Notes: generated from the sequence alone by a model not told the origin. A DNA stretch of 64,000 bases from Octopus vulgaris (GCA_951406725.2 OX597816.1:72788001-72852000), one strand, 5' to 3'. Counted from the stretch's first letter, positions 1 through 14,280 are shown. Translations and numbers: made by a program.

Positions 1-103
1 TATATATATATATATATATATAGGTGTGTGTGTGTGTGTGTATGTGTGTGTGTATATATATATATATATATACTGTGAAAAAATATATATATCGGTGTGT
101 GTA

Positions 104-225
104 TACGACGAGATTCTTTTTGTTTCGGTTCCCAAATCAACTCATAAAGTTTTTGGTCAACCCGAAGCAATGATAGAAGACACTTGACGAGAGTGACACG
201 CAGTGAGACAACCCGAACCCCATGT
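104..225 (-). mobile_element. SINE family B, degenerate 5' fragment
   Basis: Reverse complement resembles the family B head seen at 919, 18111 and 34725. Confidence 0.6.
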
Positions 226-552
226 AGGCGGTGAGCTGGCAGAAACGTTAGCACGCCGGGCGAAATGCTTTGCGGTGTTTCGTTTGCCGCTATGTTCTGA
301 GTTCAAATTCCGCTGAGGACGACTTTGCCTTTTATCCTTTCGGGGTGGATTAAATAAGTACCAGTTACGCATATAATCGACTTAACCCGTTTGTCTGTCC
401 TTGTTTGTCCCCTCTATGTTTAGCCCCTTGTGGATAGTAAAGAAATAGGTATTTCGTCTCTCTTCGTGTTCTGAGTTCAAATTCCGCCGAGGTCGACTTT
501 ATCTTTCATCCTTTCGGGGTCGATAAATTAAGCACTGGGTTGGCTGATATCG
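226..552 (+). mobile_element. SINE family A (tRNA-like head), internal dimer
   Basis: GGCGGTGAGCTGGCAGAAACGTTAGC head, B-box GTTCAAATTC, and core GACTTTGCCTTTCATCCTTTCGGGGTCGATAAATTAAG-like sequence present twice. The core resembles the conserved Meta/MESC-type SINE central domain (from memory). Confidence 0.85.
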
Positions 553-743
553 ACACATTTGCCGACAGGGCTATCAGAGACTAAGGGAAATGAATATTAT
601 TCAGCTAGTAAAGTCTACAGGGGGAACAAAGAACGATGGTGAGTGGTTGTGCATAATGAATGCAGTGTAAAAGATGTACTTGAATAAAGAAATTAGATTA
701 CTTGGGCTACGGGAGGGTGTTTAAAGAAAAATATATAAATATA

Positions 744-777
<34 letters not shown>

Positions 778-809
778 ATGTATATATATATATATATGCA
801 TATATATAC

Positions 810-861
<52 letters not shown>

Positions 862-868
862 ATATATA

Positions 869-918
<50 letters not shown>

Positions 919-920
<2 letters not shown>

Positions 921-1272
921 CGTAGAAGTAGGTGTGTGGCAAGAAGCTTGCTTTGCAACCATATGGTTCCGTTTTCAGTCCCAGTGTGTGGAACCGTGGG
1001 CAAGTGTCTTCTACTATAGCCTTGGGCCGACCAAAACCTTGTGAGTGGATTTGGTAGATGGAATCTAAAAGAAATCCGTTGTATACATATATATATATGT
1101 ATGTATATATTTGTGCGTCTATGTTTGTCCCCAACCATTGCTTGACACCGATGCTGGTGTATTTACGTCCCCTTAACTTCGCGGTTCGGTAAAAGAGACC
1201 GATAGAATAAGTATTAGGCTTACAAAGAATAAGCCCTGGGGTCCATTTGTTCGATTGAAGGCGGTGCTCCAG
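919..1272 (+). mobile_element. SINE family B with internal (TA)n
   Basis: tRNA-like head, CORE-like TGGGCAAGTGTCTTCTACTATAGCC, internal microsatellite, and 3' part ACCGATAGAATAAGTA..GGCGGTGCTCCAG shared with many copies in the window. Confidence 0.85.
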
Positions 1273-1539
1273 ATAAAAGAAAATATAGATATATACATAT
1301 AGCTGTAGATAAATAGATAGATAGATAAATACGTTAATTATGATTTTATTCAACATATTCCTCTCTCAGATTCACACAGCTATTGAAGCAGTCCTTCAGT
1401 ATTTCTAAGCCTTGTAAAAGAACTCGCAGTTTTTGAGCCTCCATCAAGACCTATCACGCTACCTTTCAAGCCAAGAACATTTCACCACTTTCTCGTGTGT
1501 GTGTGTGTGTGTATGTGGTTGCGTGCGTGTATGTATATA

Positions 1540-1574
<35 letters not shown>

Positions 1575-1576
<2 letters not shown>

Positions 1577-1731
1577 TTGTCCTGTTCCTTGGTTTGTGTC
1601 TATGTTTTTCTTCTCTCTATGTGTTCGACGTCTTTTTTGGTGTCCTGTACACATATATGCGTGTATATGTACATGTAGAGGTAGGTACGTACATATATGT
1701 TTATATATATGCATATGTTCTATTTTATTAA
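1575..1731. repeat. Interspersed repeat terminus embedded in (TA)n; inverted homolog of 33943-34100
   Basis: GTACATGTAGAGGTAGGTACGTACATATATGTTTATAT matches the reverse complement of sequence within 33960-34100. Confidence 0.8.
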
Positions 1732-2043
1732 CATATATATATATATATATACAGATGGTGGGTTAGCTGGCCGCAACCTGGAAGTCACTGACAGTGCTGT
1801 TCATTGTCACGTGAAGTTGTATTCTACGAAATGTGTTGAGTGATTCTACAGTATAAATGTAAAATTGTTTTTTTATATAGTAAAACAAAAAATAAAATAA
1901 ACATAAATGTATATATAAGTATGTACGTATAAAGAGAAAGCCGCCATATTCAAATGGCCAGAGACAAACACATACAGCAACAAACACGAGCACGTAATAT
2001 ATATACATATATATATATATTTATATTTATATATATATGTATT

Positions 2044-2077
<34 letters not shown>

Positions 2078-2080
2078 TAT

Positions 2081-2131
<51 letters not shown>

Positions 2132-2145
2132 CATACATACATACA

Positions 2146-2179
<34 letters not shown>

Positions 2180-2378
2180 CATACATACATACATAATTAC
2201 ATATAGAGTATCTAAATTTTAGATATGCAAACATTTTGAAGTGAGACATTTAGCCGAAATTGTTGTTTGTTCTCGGAAGCGGTCGTATTAAAGGCCAAAC
2301 CAGTTCAGCTTTGAGTTATAGCAAGTTTCACACCTAGAAATATGTATTTACTGATATAATGTTATATTTGATATTGTC

Positions 2379-2426
<48 letters not shown>

Positions 2427-2460
2427 ACAAACACTCATGAATGCACGCGCATATATACAA

Positions 2461-2493
<33 letters not shown>

Positions 2494-2681
2494 TATATAT
2501 ATTTACATTTATATTTATATATATGTACATAAGTATGTCTATGCATATATAAATGGATATATAATTATATGTGTGTCTATGGACGGGTAAATGTATATCC
2601 GGTGCGTATGTATGCTGACTGTATTCACAGATCACCAGTATCATATGACATCGACATTTAAAAATATATATTTCCTGATTC

Positions 2682-2732
<51 letters not shown>

Positions 2733-2777
2733 CTGCGAGTGAGTATATTCATATGTGCGTGTATGTATACATACACG

Positions 2778-2873
<96 letters not shown>

Positions 2874-3180
2874 AATATATATATGATCACTCTCTTTTTT
2901 CTCCCTTGTAATTCAGTTCAATATATTTTAATATATCTATTCATAAAAAAAATGTGAACAAACACTCACACACACACATACACGTACAAACACACAAACA
3001 TTCACACACGCATACACACACACATTAGCAACCCTACAAAAAAAAAATAACCCAATATATACACTAAAATACCCATATCCATATATACATACATTCACAC
3101 ACACACACACACGTACATGTACACACATATATAGATATAGATAAATATATATATATATGTATATATATGTATATATATAC

Positions 3181-3218
<38 letters not shown>

Positions 3219-3602
3219 GTGTATATATGTATGTATATATATATATATGTGTGTATATATATATGGATACACACATAACATCAAAAAAAAAAACAATGCG
3301 TATGAGTTCGAATAACGTTATCCTTGTCTCCAATGTTGTAGCTGCAGCCTCTTCTGTTGTTGTTGTAGTTGTTGTTGTTGTTGTTATCATAAGGCAACGT
3401 GTTACGCTAGCGCTTTTCGTCTGACTATTGCTGCCAAGGGCATGTACCGAGATATATAACACCAGTCTCACATCGATGCACTCCCGTGCACAGCCGTAGG
3501 TTTACATAAATATTCACGGACACGGCTGGAAATCATTCACTTGTCCCCAGCTCGGCATTTATCCCGCATTCAGACACACACACACACGCGCACACACACA
3601 CA

Positions 3603-3642
<40 letters not shown>

Positions 3643-3676
3643 TCTGTATATATGTATATATATATATGTATATGTA

Positions 3677-3776
<100 letters not shown>

Positions 3777-3862
3777 ATTGTGTATATATATATATGTATG
3801 TGTATATATATATATATTTCTACACATACATAAATCTACATAAATATGCAAACTTATATACT

Positions 3863-3894
<32 letters not shown>

Positions 3895-4044
3895 TATGCA
3901 CATATATATATTGTGTATGTGTGTTTGAGTGTATATACATCTCTTCGTTTCGGTTGCTTTTTGTTGTAATTATTTGATGTTTCCATTTCTTTTTAATTCA
4001 ATTTTTTAAAAAATCTTTTAGATTACTTTTGCTGTTGTTAACAG

Positions 4045-4046
<2 letters not shown>

Positions 4047-4109
<63 letters not shown>

Positions 4110-4171
4110 TATATTATTATTACTATTACTATTATTATCATCATCATTATTATTATTATTACTATTATTAG

Positions 4172-4231
<60 letters not shown>

Positions 4232-4287
4232 TATTTTTATTATTATTATTAATATTATTATTATTATTATCATTATTAATATTATTA

Positions 4288-4357
<70 letters not shown>

Positions 4358-4384
4358 TATTTTTATTATTTTTATTATTATTAA

Positions 4385-4448
<64 letters not shown>

Positions 4449-4460
4449 GTTATTATTGTT
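4047..4460. repeat. Long imperfect (ATT)n tract
   Basis: About 410 bp of ATT with sparse substitutions; explains the poly-I/poly-N/poly-L ORFs. Confidence 0.97.
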
Positions 4461-4618
4461 ACTCTGCGTAAGATACATTTCAGAGCTTAAGTGCGGAATA
4501 CTTTACACATCGTGCATTCCCAACCAGCATGATATCTGTACATATACATACGTGCATACGCATATGTATACACATATGCACACATACATACATATGTATG
4601 TGTATGTATATACATATA

Positions 4619-4661
<43 letters not shown>

Positions 4662-5439
4662 TGTTTACGTATGTATGCATGGACACTTGCAAGTATGTAT
4701 GTGCCTACGTATGCGTGCGCGCGTATTTACCGTTTCTCTTTTTGCTGCGAACACATTGATGGTGATGATGATCACTGTTGTTGTTGTTATTATTATTTAT
4801 TTTTTGGTGGTGCTTGTTGGTGTGATTTTTGTTGTTTTTGTTATTACTCTAGATGTATATATATATATATATATAAGTGGATATATATATATATGCACAC
4901 ACACACAAACACACACACACACATACACACACACACACATATATATATATATACACATACACACACATTCACATTTATGTAGCTTTATTTTATTTACTAC
5001 AGTCGGAAATATCATACTTCATTTCTGTTCCATTTTACACTTATTTATTAAATATTTACGTTTATTGCTTTGAATTCATTCGTCACAACAACAACAACAC
5101 CAGCAACAACAACAAAACAATCAACAATAACAAGGTGGGCGACCACGACGACAACGATTATATAAATAACAACAATGAAGAAAAGTAACAAAATATAAAG
5201 AATTAAAATAACAAAAAAAAACAAAAAAAAAAACAAATAATAATCATTAAAAAATTCCCTCAAAAGTATTTAAAAAAACATAAACATCAACACTATCGGC
5301 AACGTCCATAGAGTCAGGAGTAAGCTGCGACTTGAAGAAGAATAAGAACAACAATTCTAATGATAATGGCAATAATAAAACAATATTATTAACAAGAATA
5401 TATAAATAAGAAGGGTAAAAATAAAATGACAATGCGCCC

Positions 5440-5641
5440 GCTGCTGATGGCGATGATGGCGATGATGATGAAGATGATGGTGATGAGGAGGATGACGACT
5501 ATGAGGATGATGATGATGATGATGATGAGGATGATGATGATGATGATGATGATAGTGACGATGATGACGACTATGATGATGATGATGTGGTGGTGGTGGT
5601 GGTGATGATGAGGATGATGAGGATGATGAAGATGATGGTGC

Positions 5642-5673
<32 letters not shown>

Positions 5674-6050
5674 GTGGTGGTGATAGTGACGATGACAATG
5701 ATGATGGTGATGATGATGACAATGATGGTCATGATGATGATGATGAGGAGGAAGGGGACTATGGCGATGACGACAATGACGATGGTATGGTGATAATGAC
5801 GACGATGATGACGGCAGTGATGACGACCACAATGACGATGATGACGGTAAATGAGATGAAGATGACGATGGCGGTAAATGAAGATGATTATGATGATGAT
5901 GATGAATATCAGGATGGTGGTGATGCTGCTGCTACTGTTGCTGCTCGTGTTGATGTTGATGACGACGACGACGACGAAGATGATGATGATGATGAAGATG
6001 ATGATGATGATGATGATGATGAGGAGGAGGAGGAGGAGGAGGAGGATGGC
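5440..6050. repeat. Degenerate compound (GAT/GAC/GGT/GAG)n tract
   Basis: About 600 bp trinucleotide tract with register shifts; explains the poly-H/D/M/S ORFs. Confidence 0.95.
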
Positions 6051-6519
6051 GACAAAAGAAACTATAGAAGTAAACACAAAAAGAAATACATTTAAATGAG
6101 AAAAAAGTAAATTTCATTATATACATATGCACATACATCGATACATACATACGCACGTATATATGTATGTTTGTGCACACACACGCACACATATATATAT
6201 ATTCATGTGTATATATATTCTATGCATATATGCCAACGAACATCCCCAAAACTAGACACCAATATCTAAACGGCGCACACACTCACACAAATACACATAT
6301 ACATATATATATATATATATATACATACATGACAAACATATATACATATATATGTCATATATATATATATATAAATATGTATATGTATGTTTGTATCAAT
6401 ATATATGTATGTATATCTATCTATCCATTTATCTATCTATCTATCTATCAATCTATCTATCTATCTATCTATCTATCTATATACATACACATATACATAT
6501 ACATACATACATACATACA

Positions 6520-6646
<127 letters not shown>

Positions 6647-6724
6647 TGAAACACGCATGGAAATGGAGGAGACGAGAAATATAAGTGGTAAAGAGAAAAA
6701 TAGTGTGAGAGAAATAGATAGAGT

Positions 6725-6782
<58 letters not shown>

Positions 6783-7059
6783 AAGAGAGAGAGAGGAAGT
6801 AGGGTGAGAAAGGGAAGGAAATAGAAGAGGGGAGAAAAAGAAAGAAGAGAAATATTCGGAGAGATTTTTTTTTCCTTTTTATTTTTTATTTCTCTTTTTT
6901 GTAAAAAAAAATTATCATGTTTTCTGAAGTATTATCTGAAGTATAAAGTGAGTGAAATACAGAAAGTGGTTACAAACCATGACGATGTATACACTTTACG
7001 CGCACGCGCACACACACGCACCCCCACCCTCACCCCACCCCACCACCACCCCACTTATG

Positions 7060-7135
<76 letters not shown>

Positions 7136-7407
7136 CAGATACATATATATATGTGGAAATCTGAGAGGGAGTATATATGTTTGTGTTAAAAAAGGCTTTG
7201 CCAATTGACATAGAGGCAGTTCGGTTTTTTTGTTTCCAATACTCTCTTTTCTTTTACTGATGGTGCTAGTGGTGGCGATGGTGATTGCGATGATGGTGGT
7301 GGCGGCAGCGGGGGTAGCGGTGGCGGTGGCACTGGCGGTGGTGGGTGTTGGGTTATGGTATCGGTGGTGTTTATTGTAGCTGTATGATATTAGTATAGTT
7401 GTATAGT

Positions 7408-7461
<54 letters not shown>

Positions 7462-7840
7462 CGTGTGTGTGTGTGTATGTATGTATATATATTCATATGC
7501 ATGTACGCATACACAGACGATTATCCATATGAAACATATATGTGTGTGCGCGTATACATATATATATATATATATACATATATATACATATATATATACA
7601 TATATACATATATATTATGGATATATATGCAGTTATAAACGCGTATATCCATATATTATCGTTATATACATCCTATAGATATATATGTATATACATTACC
7701 TATGACTCTTATATGCTTGTATACGGATGTGTATGTACGGATGTGTATAATATATGCATGCATATATACATACAGACACAGATACATTTGCTAATAATAC
7801 ATTCCTGTGCACACACATACAACACACACATGCAACCCCA

Positions 7841-7871
<31 letters not shown>

Positions 7872-7874
7872 CAA

Positions 7875-7962
7875 CCACCACCACCACCACCACCACCACC
7901 ACCACCACCACCACCACCACCACCACCACCACCACCACCCACCACCACCACCACCACCACCA
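7875..7962. repeat. (CAC)n microsatellite
   Basis: Directly visible. Confidence 0.97.
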
Positions 7963-8241
7963 TCAGTACCATCATCACCAGAACCATAGACGCCAGCAAA
8001 GAGCGTTCGTTCGTTCGTTCGACTCCACCGTTCCAAGCCCTGGGAAATGGAAGCCGGTGCAGCGGGAAAGTTTGCTCATGCACATAGGTATTTATATATT
8101 TATTGCACCGATATACAGCAACTTCTCCCACAAACATTTCCTGTACGATTTTCAAAATGCTTACTTTTCCCGACGACGCCATTAATATTTACACGCACAA
8201 GGCTCACATCCACACGTACATACAGTCATAATAGTATTCAC

Positions 8242-8315
<74 letters not shown>

Positions 8316-8424
8316 AGACATACATACGCATGCATCCACGTATGCACATATAAAAACATGCATTTAAACATATACAACTTAAATACAATTACCGATATAC
8401 ATCTATCTATCTATATAGATATAT

Positions 8425-8473
<49 letters not shown>

Positions 8474-9004
8474 TAAATAAATATGTATGCAAAAATATAC
8501 ATATACACACAAACACACCCATATATATGTGTGCGTGTTTATATATGTAAATATATATATCATACATACATATATACATTATGACAGAATAAAAAATAAC
8601 AGGATGCGTATGAAAATCAGCAGTTAACGGGAGAATTTAGACAGAAATATATTATAAGAAAGAAAAAGTTCCGTTGATAGGTAAAAATGGTAAAAAAGAA
8701 AAAGCAAAAGGAAAAAGATGAAAATTGAATACAGCAGGAACAAGAATCACCATTTTTCTATATAGACAAATACGCGCGCGCGAGCGTGTTCACACCCTCA
8801 CACCCACACACCTGTACACACACACACGCACACACACACACACATACACCTACACGCACATTCTCTCTAACATACACGGAAAGAGTTATTGAACGAAAAC
8901 AACAACCACTACCACCACCATCACTACTACTACTCCCTCCACCTATACCAATAACAACAAAAATGATAATAATATTACAATAACTCAATAAAAATATTAG
9001 TGTT

Positions 9005-9073
<69 letters not shown>

Positions 9074-9131
9074 TATATGAACATCTCTCTCACTCCCTTT
9101 ATACACATACACACACATACACACACATACG

Positions 9132-9188
<57 letters not shown>

Positions 9189-9290
9189 TATACTCGCGCA
9201 CGTATGATGCGAAAGAAAATTCAATAATGAATTAATAAAAACCCAAACGAAAACAATAACAACAACATCAACAACGACAACAAGAGCAAG

Positions 9291-9327
<37 letters not shown>

Positions 9328-9787
9328 GCAGCAGTAGCAGCAGCAGTAGTAGCAGCAGTAACATCAACAACATCAAGAAGATATTCACAACAACAAATTG
9401 AATGCATATATGAAATACAGAAGGAAAAAAAAGAGAAAAATGAAAGCAAAGAAGACAAAATTTATAAAAAGAGAAAGAAAGAAAGAAGGAAAGAAAGAAA
9501 GAGAGAGAGAGAGAGAGAAAGAAACGAAGAAAGAAAGGGAGAAAGAAAGAAAGAAAGTTGGGGAAAAATGGCGCTTGTGCGTGTTGTGGGTAAGGATTGA
9601 TTGTAATATGGGGTGGTAGGAAAAAGATGGAGGTTGGTTGAATAGCAGTAAAGACATTTAATGATAAATAAAAATTCTCCGATTAGAACAGAAAGTTGAA
9701 CATAGCTTTTATGAACACAGCCATATAAATGACACAGCGAAGAACGTTTTGAAGATTGAACGACTTTGATATATAAACTTTGTATGT

Positions 9788-9859
<72 letters not shown>

Positions 9860-10778
9860 ATGTGTGTGGATGTGTGTGTGTGCTTGCAGTGTCTGTGTTT
9901 TACGTAGTGTATGCATGTGCGTGTATATAAATATATGTATGCACACACACACACACAAATATATATATACACATATATATACATGTATATATATACACAT
10001 ATATATATATATATACATACACACACACAAACACATACAACCTATATATCTATATATCTATATATATATATGTATGTATATATGTTTGTATGCAGGCATA
10101 ATGTATATTTATGTGTATGTAAATAGAGGTTTTGGTAGACAGAGGTTTATAAATATGAATATAATTATATTATTCGTACTCAGACATGCATAGACATATC
10201 CAAATATATAGATATGTGTTTGTATGTGTGTATGTATACATACAAACATACATACATATGCACATATATATATGCATATATATATATATGTATATATATA
10301 TATGTATACACAAACAAACACATATATACAAATACATATATTCATGTACACATATATGCATTCATATTCACATATATACATATACAAGTCGTGTATAATG
10401 GACAACAGAAATGTTACTCAAAACATGATGTAGAGTATAATAATATTCAGGCTTCTGGTGTCTTCTGAATGTTGCTTCGTGTTTTAGGAATGATCTCTAA
10501 AGATACTCATGAAAAATATGCTTTTATGCTGGAAGGATGCAAGACTTCACTATTTCGTTGTTTAAGGGCGAATATGGAAATTTTGATGTCAAATCAATCC
10601 CGGTTATCTCCCCTTAAGAAACTATTTCTCGTCAAAATGGTAATATCCCGCCATTAAGTTTAACTCGAGTCTCTTTTCCAGTTATGCAATGAAAAAATGA
10701 GATGCTGAGGCAGTCTGGGACAAAGGGAAACTTCGTTATTGAATTTACAAACCAACATACCCGATAGTATGATATATA

Positions 10779-12068
10779 CGAGGGACGTTCAATAAGTAAT
10801 GCCTCTGACCCACTTGCAGTTGTTTGATCTAGCTGAAATTTTGCATGTGCAATCATTTATATCTCTATAGAGTAAGTGGCAAATTAAAGCTCTGAATTAA
10901 TTGTGGTTTCTGATTTACAGGTGTTTGAACCGAGTCAAGTGTGAAATGGAGCCTGTTGAGTGTCGAGCAGTGATCCGGTTTTTGTATTTGAAAGGACGCA
11001 CACCATGGGAGACTTTTGATGAAATGAAAGTAACTTATGGTGATGATGCCCCATCATATGACCTTGTAAAACGCTGGCATCGTGAATTCAAACATGGTCA
11101 GAACTCTGTGGAAACAGCTCCCAGATCTGGTCGCCCCCTTCTGCCATTGATGAGGCATCTGTCCGTCAAGTTGAGGCTGCCATTTTGGAAGATCGACGCA
11201 TAATTATTCGCCAAATAGCCCATGAGGTCAAGATTAGTACCGGGTCTGTGGAAACTATCATTCATGACCATTTGCATATGCAAAAGGTGTCTGCCAGATG
11301 GATTCCCAGGTTGCTCACGCCTTTCCAGAAGCAAGAACGCGTCGAGTGCTCGAGGGTGAATTTGGAGATGTGCCAAGAAGATGAGTCAAAAATTTTTCAA
11401 AAGACTGATTACGAAGGATGAAATCTGGGTCCATCACGATGATCCAGAGACCAAATCCCAGTCAATGCAGTGGAAGCACCGTGACTCACCCCTCCAAAGA
11501 AGGCAAGGATGCAGCCCTCCGCTGGCAAGGTCATGCTCACAGTCTTCTGGGACCAGGACGGAATAGTGATGACAAATTTCATGGCAAAGGGTACTACAAT
11601 TGCAGGAGCTTATTATGCTTCACTTTTGAGGAAATTAAGAGAAGTTATCAAAATCAAGAGGCGGGGCAAGATCAGCAAAGGCATCCTCCTCCTGCAGGAC
11701 AACGCTCCGGTCCTCAACTCGCTTGTCGCCAGATCAGAAGCACAGGCGTATGGCTATGAACTCCTCCCCATCCCCCCAACTTTCCTGACCTTGCACCCTC
11801 TGATTTTCAACTCTTCCCAATCATGAAGTTGTTTTTGAAAGGAAAGCGTTTCCCAGATGATGCAGCCTTGATTTCTGAAGTCACGTTGAGGTTGGAGGAC
11901 CAAGCTGGGTTCTTCTACAAAAACGGTCTCCAGAGCCGCATCAAACGATGGGAGAAATGCGTAACTCTGGGTGGTTCCTATGTAGAAAAAGACTAATCAC
12001 TGTGCCAAGTTTCGTTGCTCTACTGCTATGGGAAGTGGGTCAGGGGCATTACTTATTGAACACCCCTC

Positions 12069-12069
<1 letters not shown>
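10779..12069 (+). mobile_element. Full-length mariner DNA transposon (1291 bp)
   Basis: Left TIR CGAGGGACGTTCAATAAGTAATGCCTCTGACCCACTT; right TIR (reverse complement) CGAGGGGTGTTCAATAAGTAATGCCCCTGACCCACTT; flanked by TA (left) and TG (right); typical mariner length. Confidence 0.96.
10946..11996 (+). pseudogene. Mariner DD34D transposase with 4 frameshifts (irritans/Himar1-like by appearance)
   Basis: MEPVECRAVIRFLYLKG..PRSGRP, WIPRLL, ITKDEIW, LLQDNAP, PDLAPSDFQLF, RWEKCV..GSYVEKD*; 34 residues between the 2nd and 3rd D after frameshift repair. Confidence 0.95.
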
Positions 12070-12130
<61 letters not shown>

Positions 12131-12178
12131 TAATGGAATAGCATGCATAAAATAGTCAATAGACAACTTATTTTTCAT

Positions 12179-12350
12179 ATAAAATTAGTGTACATTTAAA
12201 CACAAAAGAGGTGACCGTAACGGGACACCTTACATGCTAGAAGGAACAGTTAAAATCTTAACCGTGGTTTGGATTTTGACTGTTCCTTCTAGCATGTAAG
12301 GTGTCTTGTTAGGGTCACCTCTTTTGTGTATAAATGTATAATAATTTTAT
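12179..12350. repeat. Near-perfect palindrome, 80-bp arms
   Basis: 12179-12258 pairs with 12271-12350 with 8 non-Watson-Crick positions. Confidence 0.95.
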
Positions 12351-12384
12351 AAAAAAAAATATATATCTTTTATTTTTGATCTTT

Positions 12385-12781
12385 TTATCTTTTCCTTCTT
12401 TCAGTAATTAGACTGCGGCCATGCTAGAGTACCGTCTTTAGTCGAACTAATCGACCCCAAAGATTATTCTTGGAGCTTAGTACTTATTCTTTCGGTCTCT
12501 TTTGTGAAGTGCTAAGTTACGGGGACGTACACACACCAACATCGGTTATCAAGCGATGGTGGGTTGGGTGACAAATGTAGACACGCAGACACATACACTT
12601 ACACACACGCACACACACACACATATACATATGCGATGGGCTTTTTTCAGTTTCCGTCTACCAAATTCACTCACAAGGCTTTGGTCGGGCCGAGGCTATT
12701 GTAAAAGATACATACCACGCAGGAGTGAACCCCGAACCATGTTGTTGGTTAGCAAGCTATTACCACACAACCACTCCTATG
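12385..12781 (-). mobile_element. SINE family B
   Basis: Reverse complement of a full family B copy including the internal (CA)n. Confidence 0.85.
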
Positions 12782-13526
12782 TATGTACATTTTCTTTCCT
12801 GACGCCAGTAATTGCTAATAATATTTCTATCATGACTACATGACTTATATCCTGCCGATATGGCTGATGATTAATCTGGCCAAGCCAACCAATTTGGCTG
12901 AATATCAGTCATACCTGCTATTAAAATCTCAATTGAATATGAAGTCTTATATGAAACACCTGGTCCTCGGTTTTTCCACATGTATTCTAAAATACACTAT
13001 CTCAGTTTTAGCATTGTTGGGCAACTACATCGTTAAGATCGTGTACCTATCTATCTATCTAGTTATCTATCTATCTGTATTTGAAAAAGAAGGTGAGAAT
13101 GGAGAGGCAGGTTTTGTCTCGTGAAAGTTGCAAAAAAAGGTGGGTGAATGTAGCAAAGTTGGTGCGTGCGAGCGACGAAACCACTTTGAGCATGATCCTG
13201 TAAATCGTAAAAGAGAGAGCACTTTGCTCTCATGTGTTTATTACCTGCCTGCCTGAGGTTACCGTGGTCTTTTTCGTAGGCTTTTCTTTCCACGGATAAA
13301 CCTAATCCTGTTTCTTACTTTTTAAAAATTTCTTTTGATACACTATCCATTTTGATCGCTTTATTTTCCGATCCTTTTTGATCGGAATTTTACATTTGTT
13401 CCCTTGTTTTCGTTTTTCTTTTTCATTTTTGAAAAAAAAAAGCTCAACATTTTTATTTGTCCCCTCTGTGTTCAGCCCTGTATGGCTAATAAAGAAAGTT
13501 ATCTATCTATCTATCATCTATCTGTC

Positions 13527-13606
<80 letters not shown>

Positions 13607-13634
13607 CACACGATAGACTGACAGACAGACAGAT

Positions 13635-13776
13635 ACGACTGCTTCATTCAGTTTTCATCAACTAGTTGGTCTGGGACTATAGTACAAATACTAGCCCAAA
13701 CACCACACAGTGGGACTGAACCCGGAATCATGGGGCTGAGAGGAAAACTTCCTACCACACAACTACGCTTGCACCT
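13635..13776 (-). mobile_element. SINE family B 5' part, degenerate
   Basis: GTGGGACTGAACCCGGAATCATG..ACCACACAAC..TGCACCT is the reverse of the family B head. Confidence 0.7.
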
Positions 13777-14029
13777 ATGTCTAAGAATATTGCAAATGAC
13801 AGGTTAGGATTTGCTTATGAGTTGTCATTATCAAGAACTCGAGCAACGGCAATGAGATTTCCCCTCGTTGGTTTCGATGGTAATGTAGATGTTGTTGTTG
13901 TTATCGTCGTTGAAGTTGTCCTTGTCGTTATTGTTTTATTTTTGCGGCAAGTCAGTACTGATTGTACTGGCCAGTTATCAAAAATCGTTCTAGTCATGAC
14001 TAACCCTATTATTTTTACTCATAATTTTG

Positions 14030-14280
14030 ATACAGAAACAAGACAGCGATTTACAATGGGGAGACGGCATGCAGCATAGGGGAACTGAAAGATGTTCACT
14101 GGCAGGAACTCAAAGAGGAGTCCTGCTCTAGCAACATGTTCAATGAGAGCAAGAGGCTTGATTAATAACATAAAAGTTATAGTATTATCAACACATAGAA
14201 CAGACACGCCACTTAGACATATTATAGAGGCCACACACATAGCAATAGAGAGAATGAAAAACACGAATGAAATAATGATA
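14030..14280 (+). pseudogene. Degenerate Penelope-like GIY-YIG endonuclease, C-terminal half
   Basis: The frame reads ETRQRF..RRH..(two stops)..SPALATC..NIKVIVLSTH..LRHIIEATHIAIERMKN, matching the GET.R...R..EH / R.I.EA..I pattern of PLE endonucleases. Confidence 0.6.

Noticed and set aside
4029-6192. Poly-I/N/L/H/D ORFs as low-complexity proteins
   Set aside because: Trinucleotide tracts open in several frames, with register shifts and no flanking coding signal.
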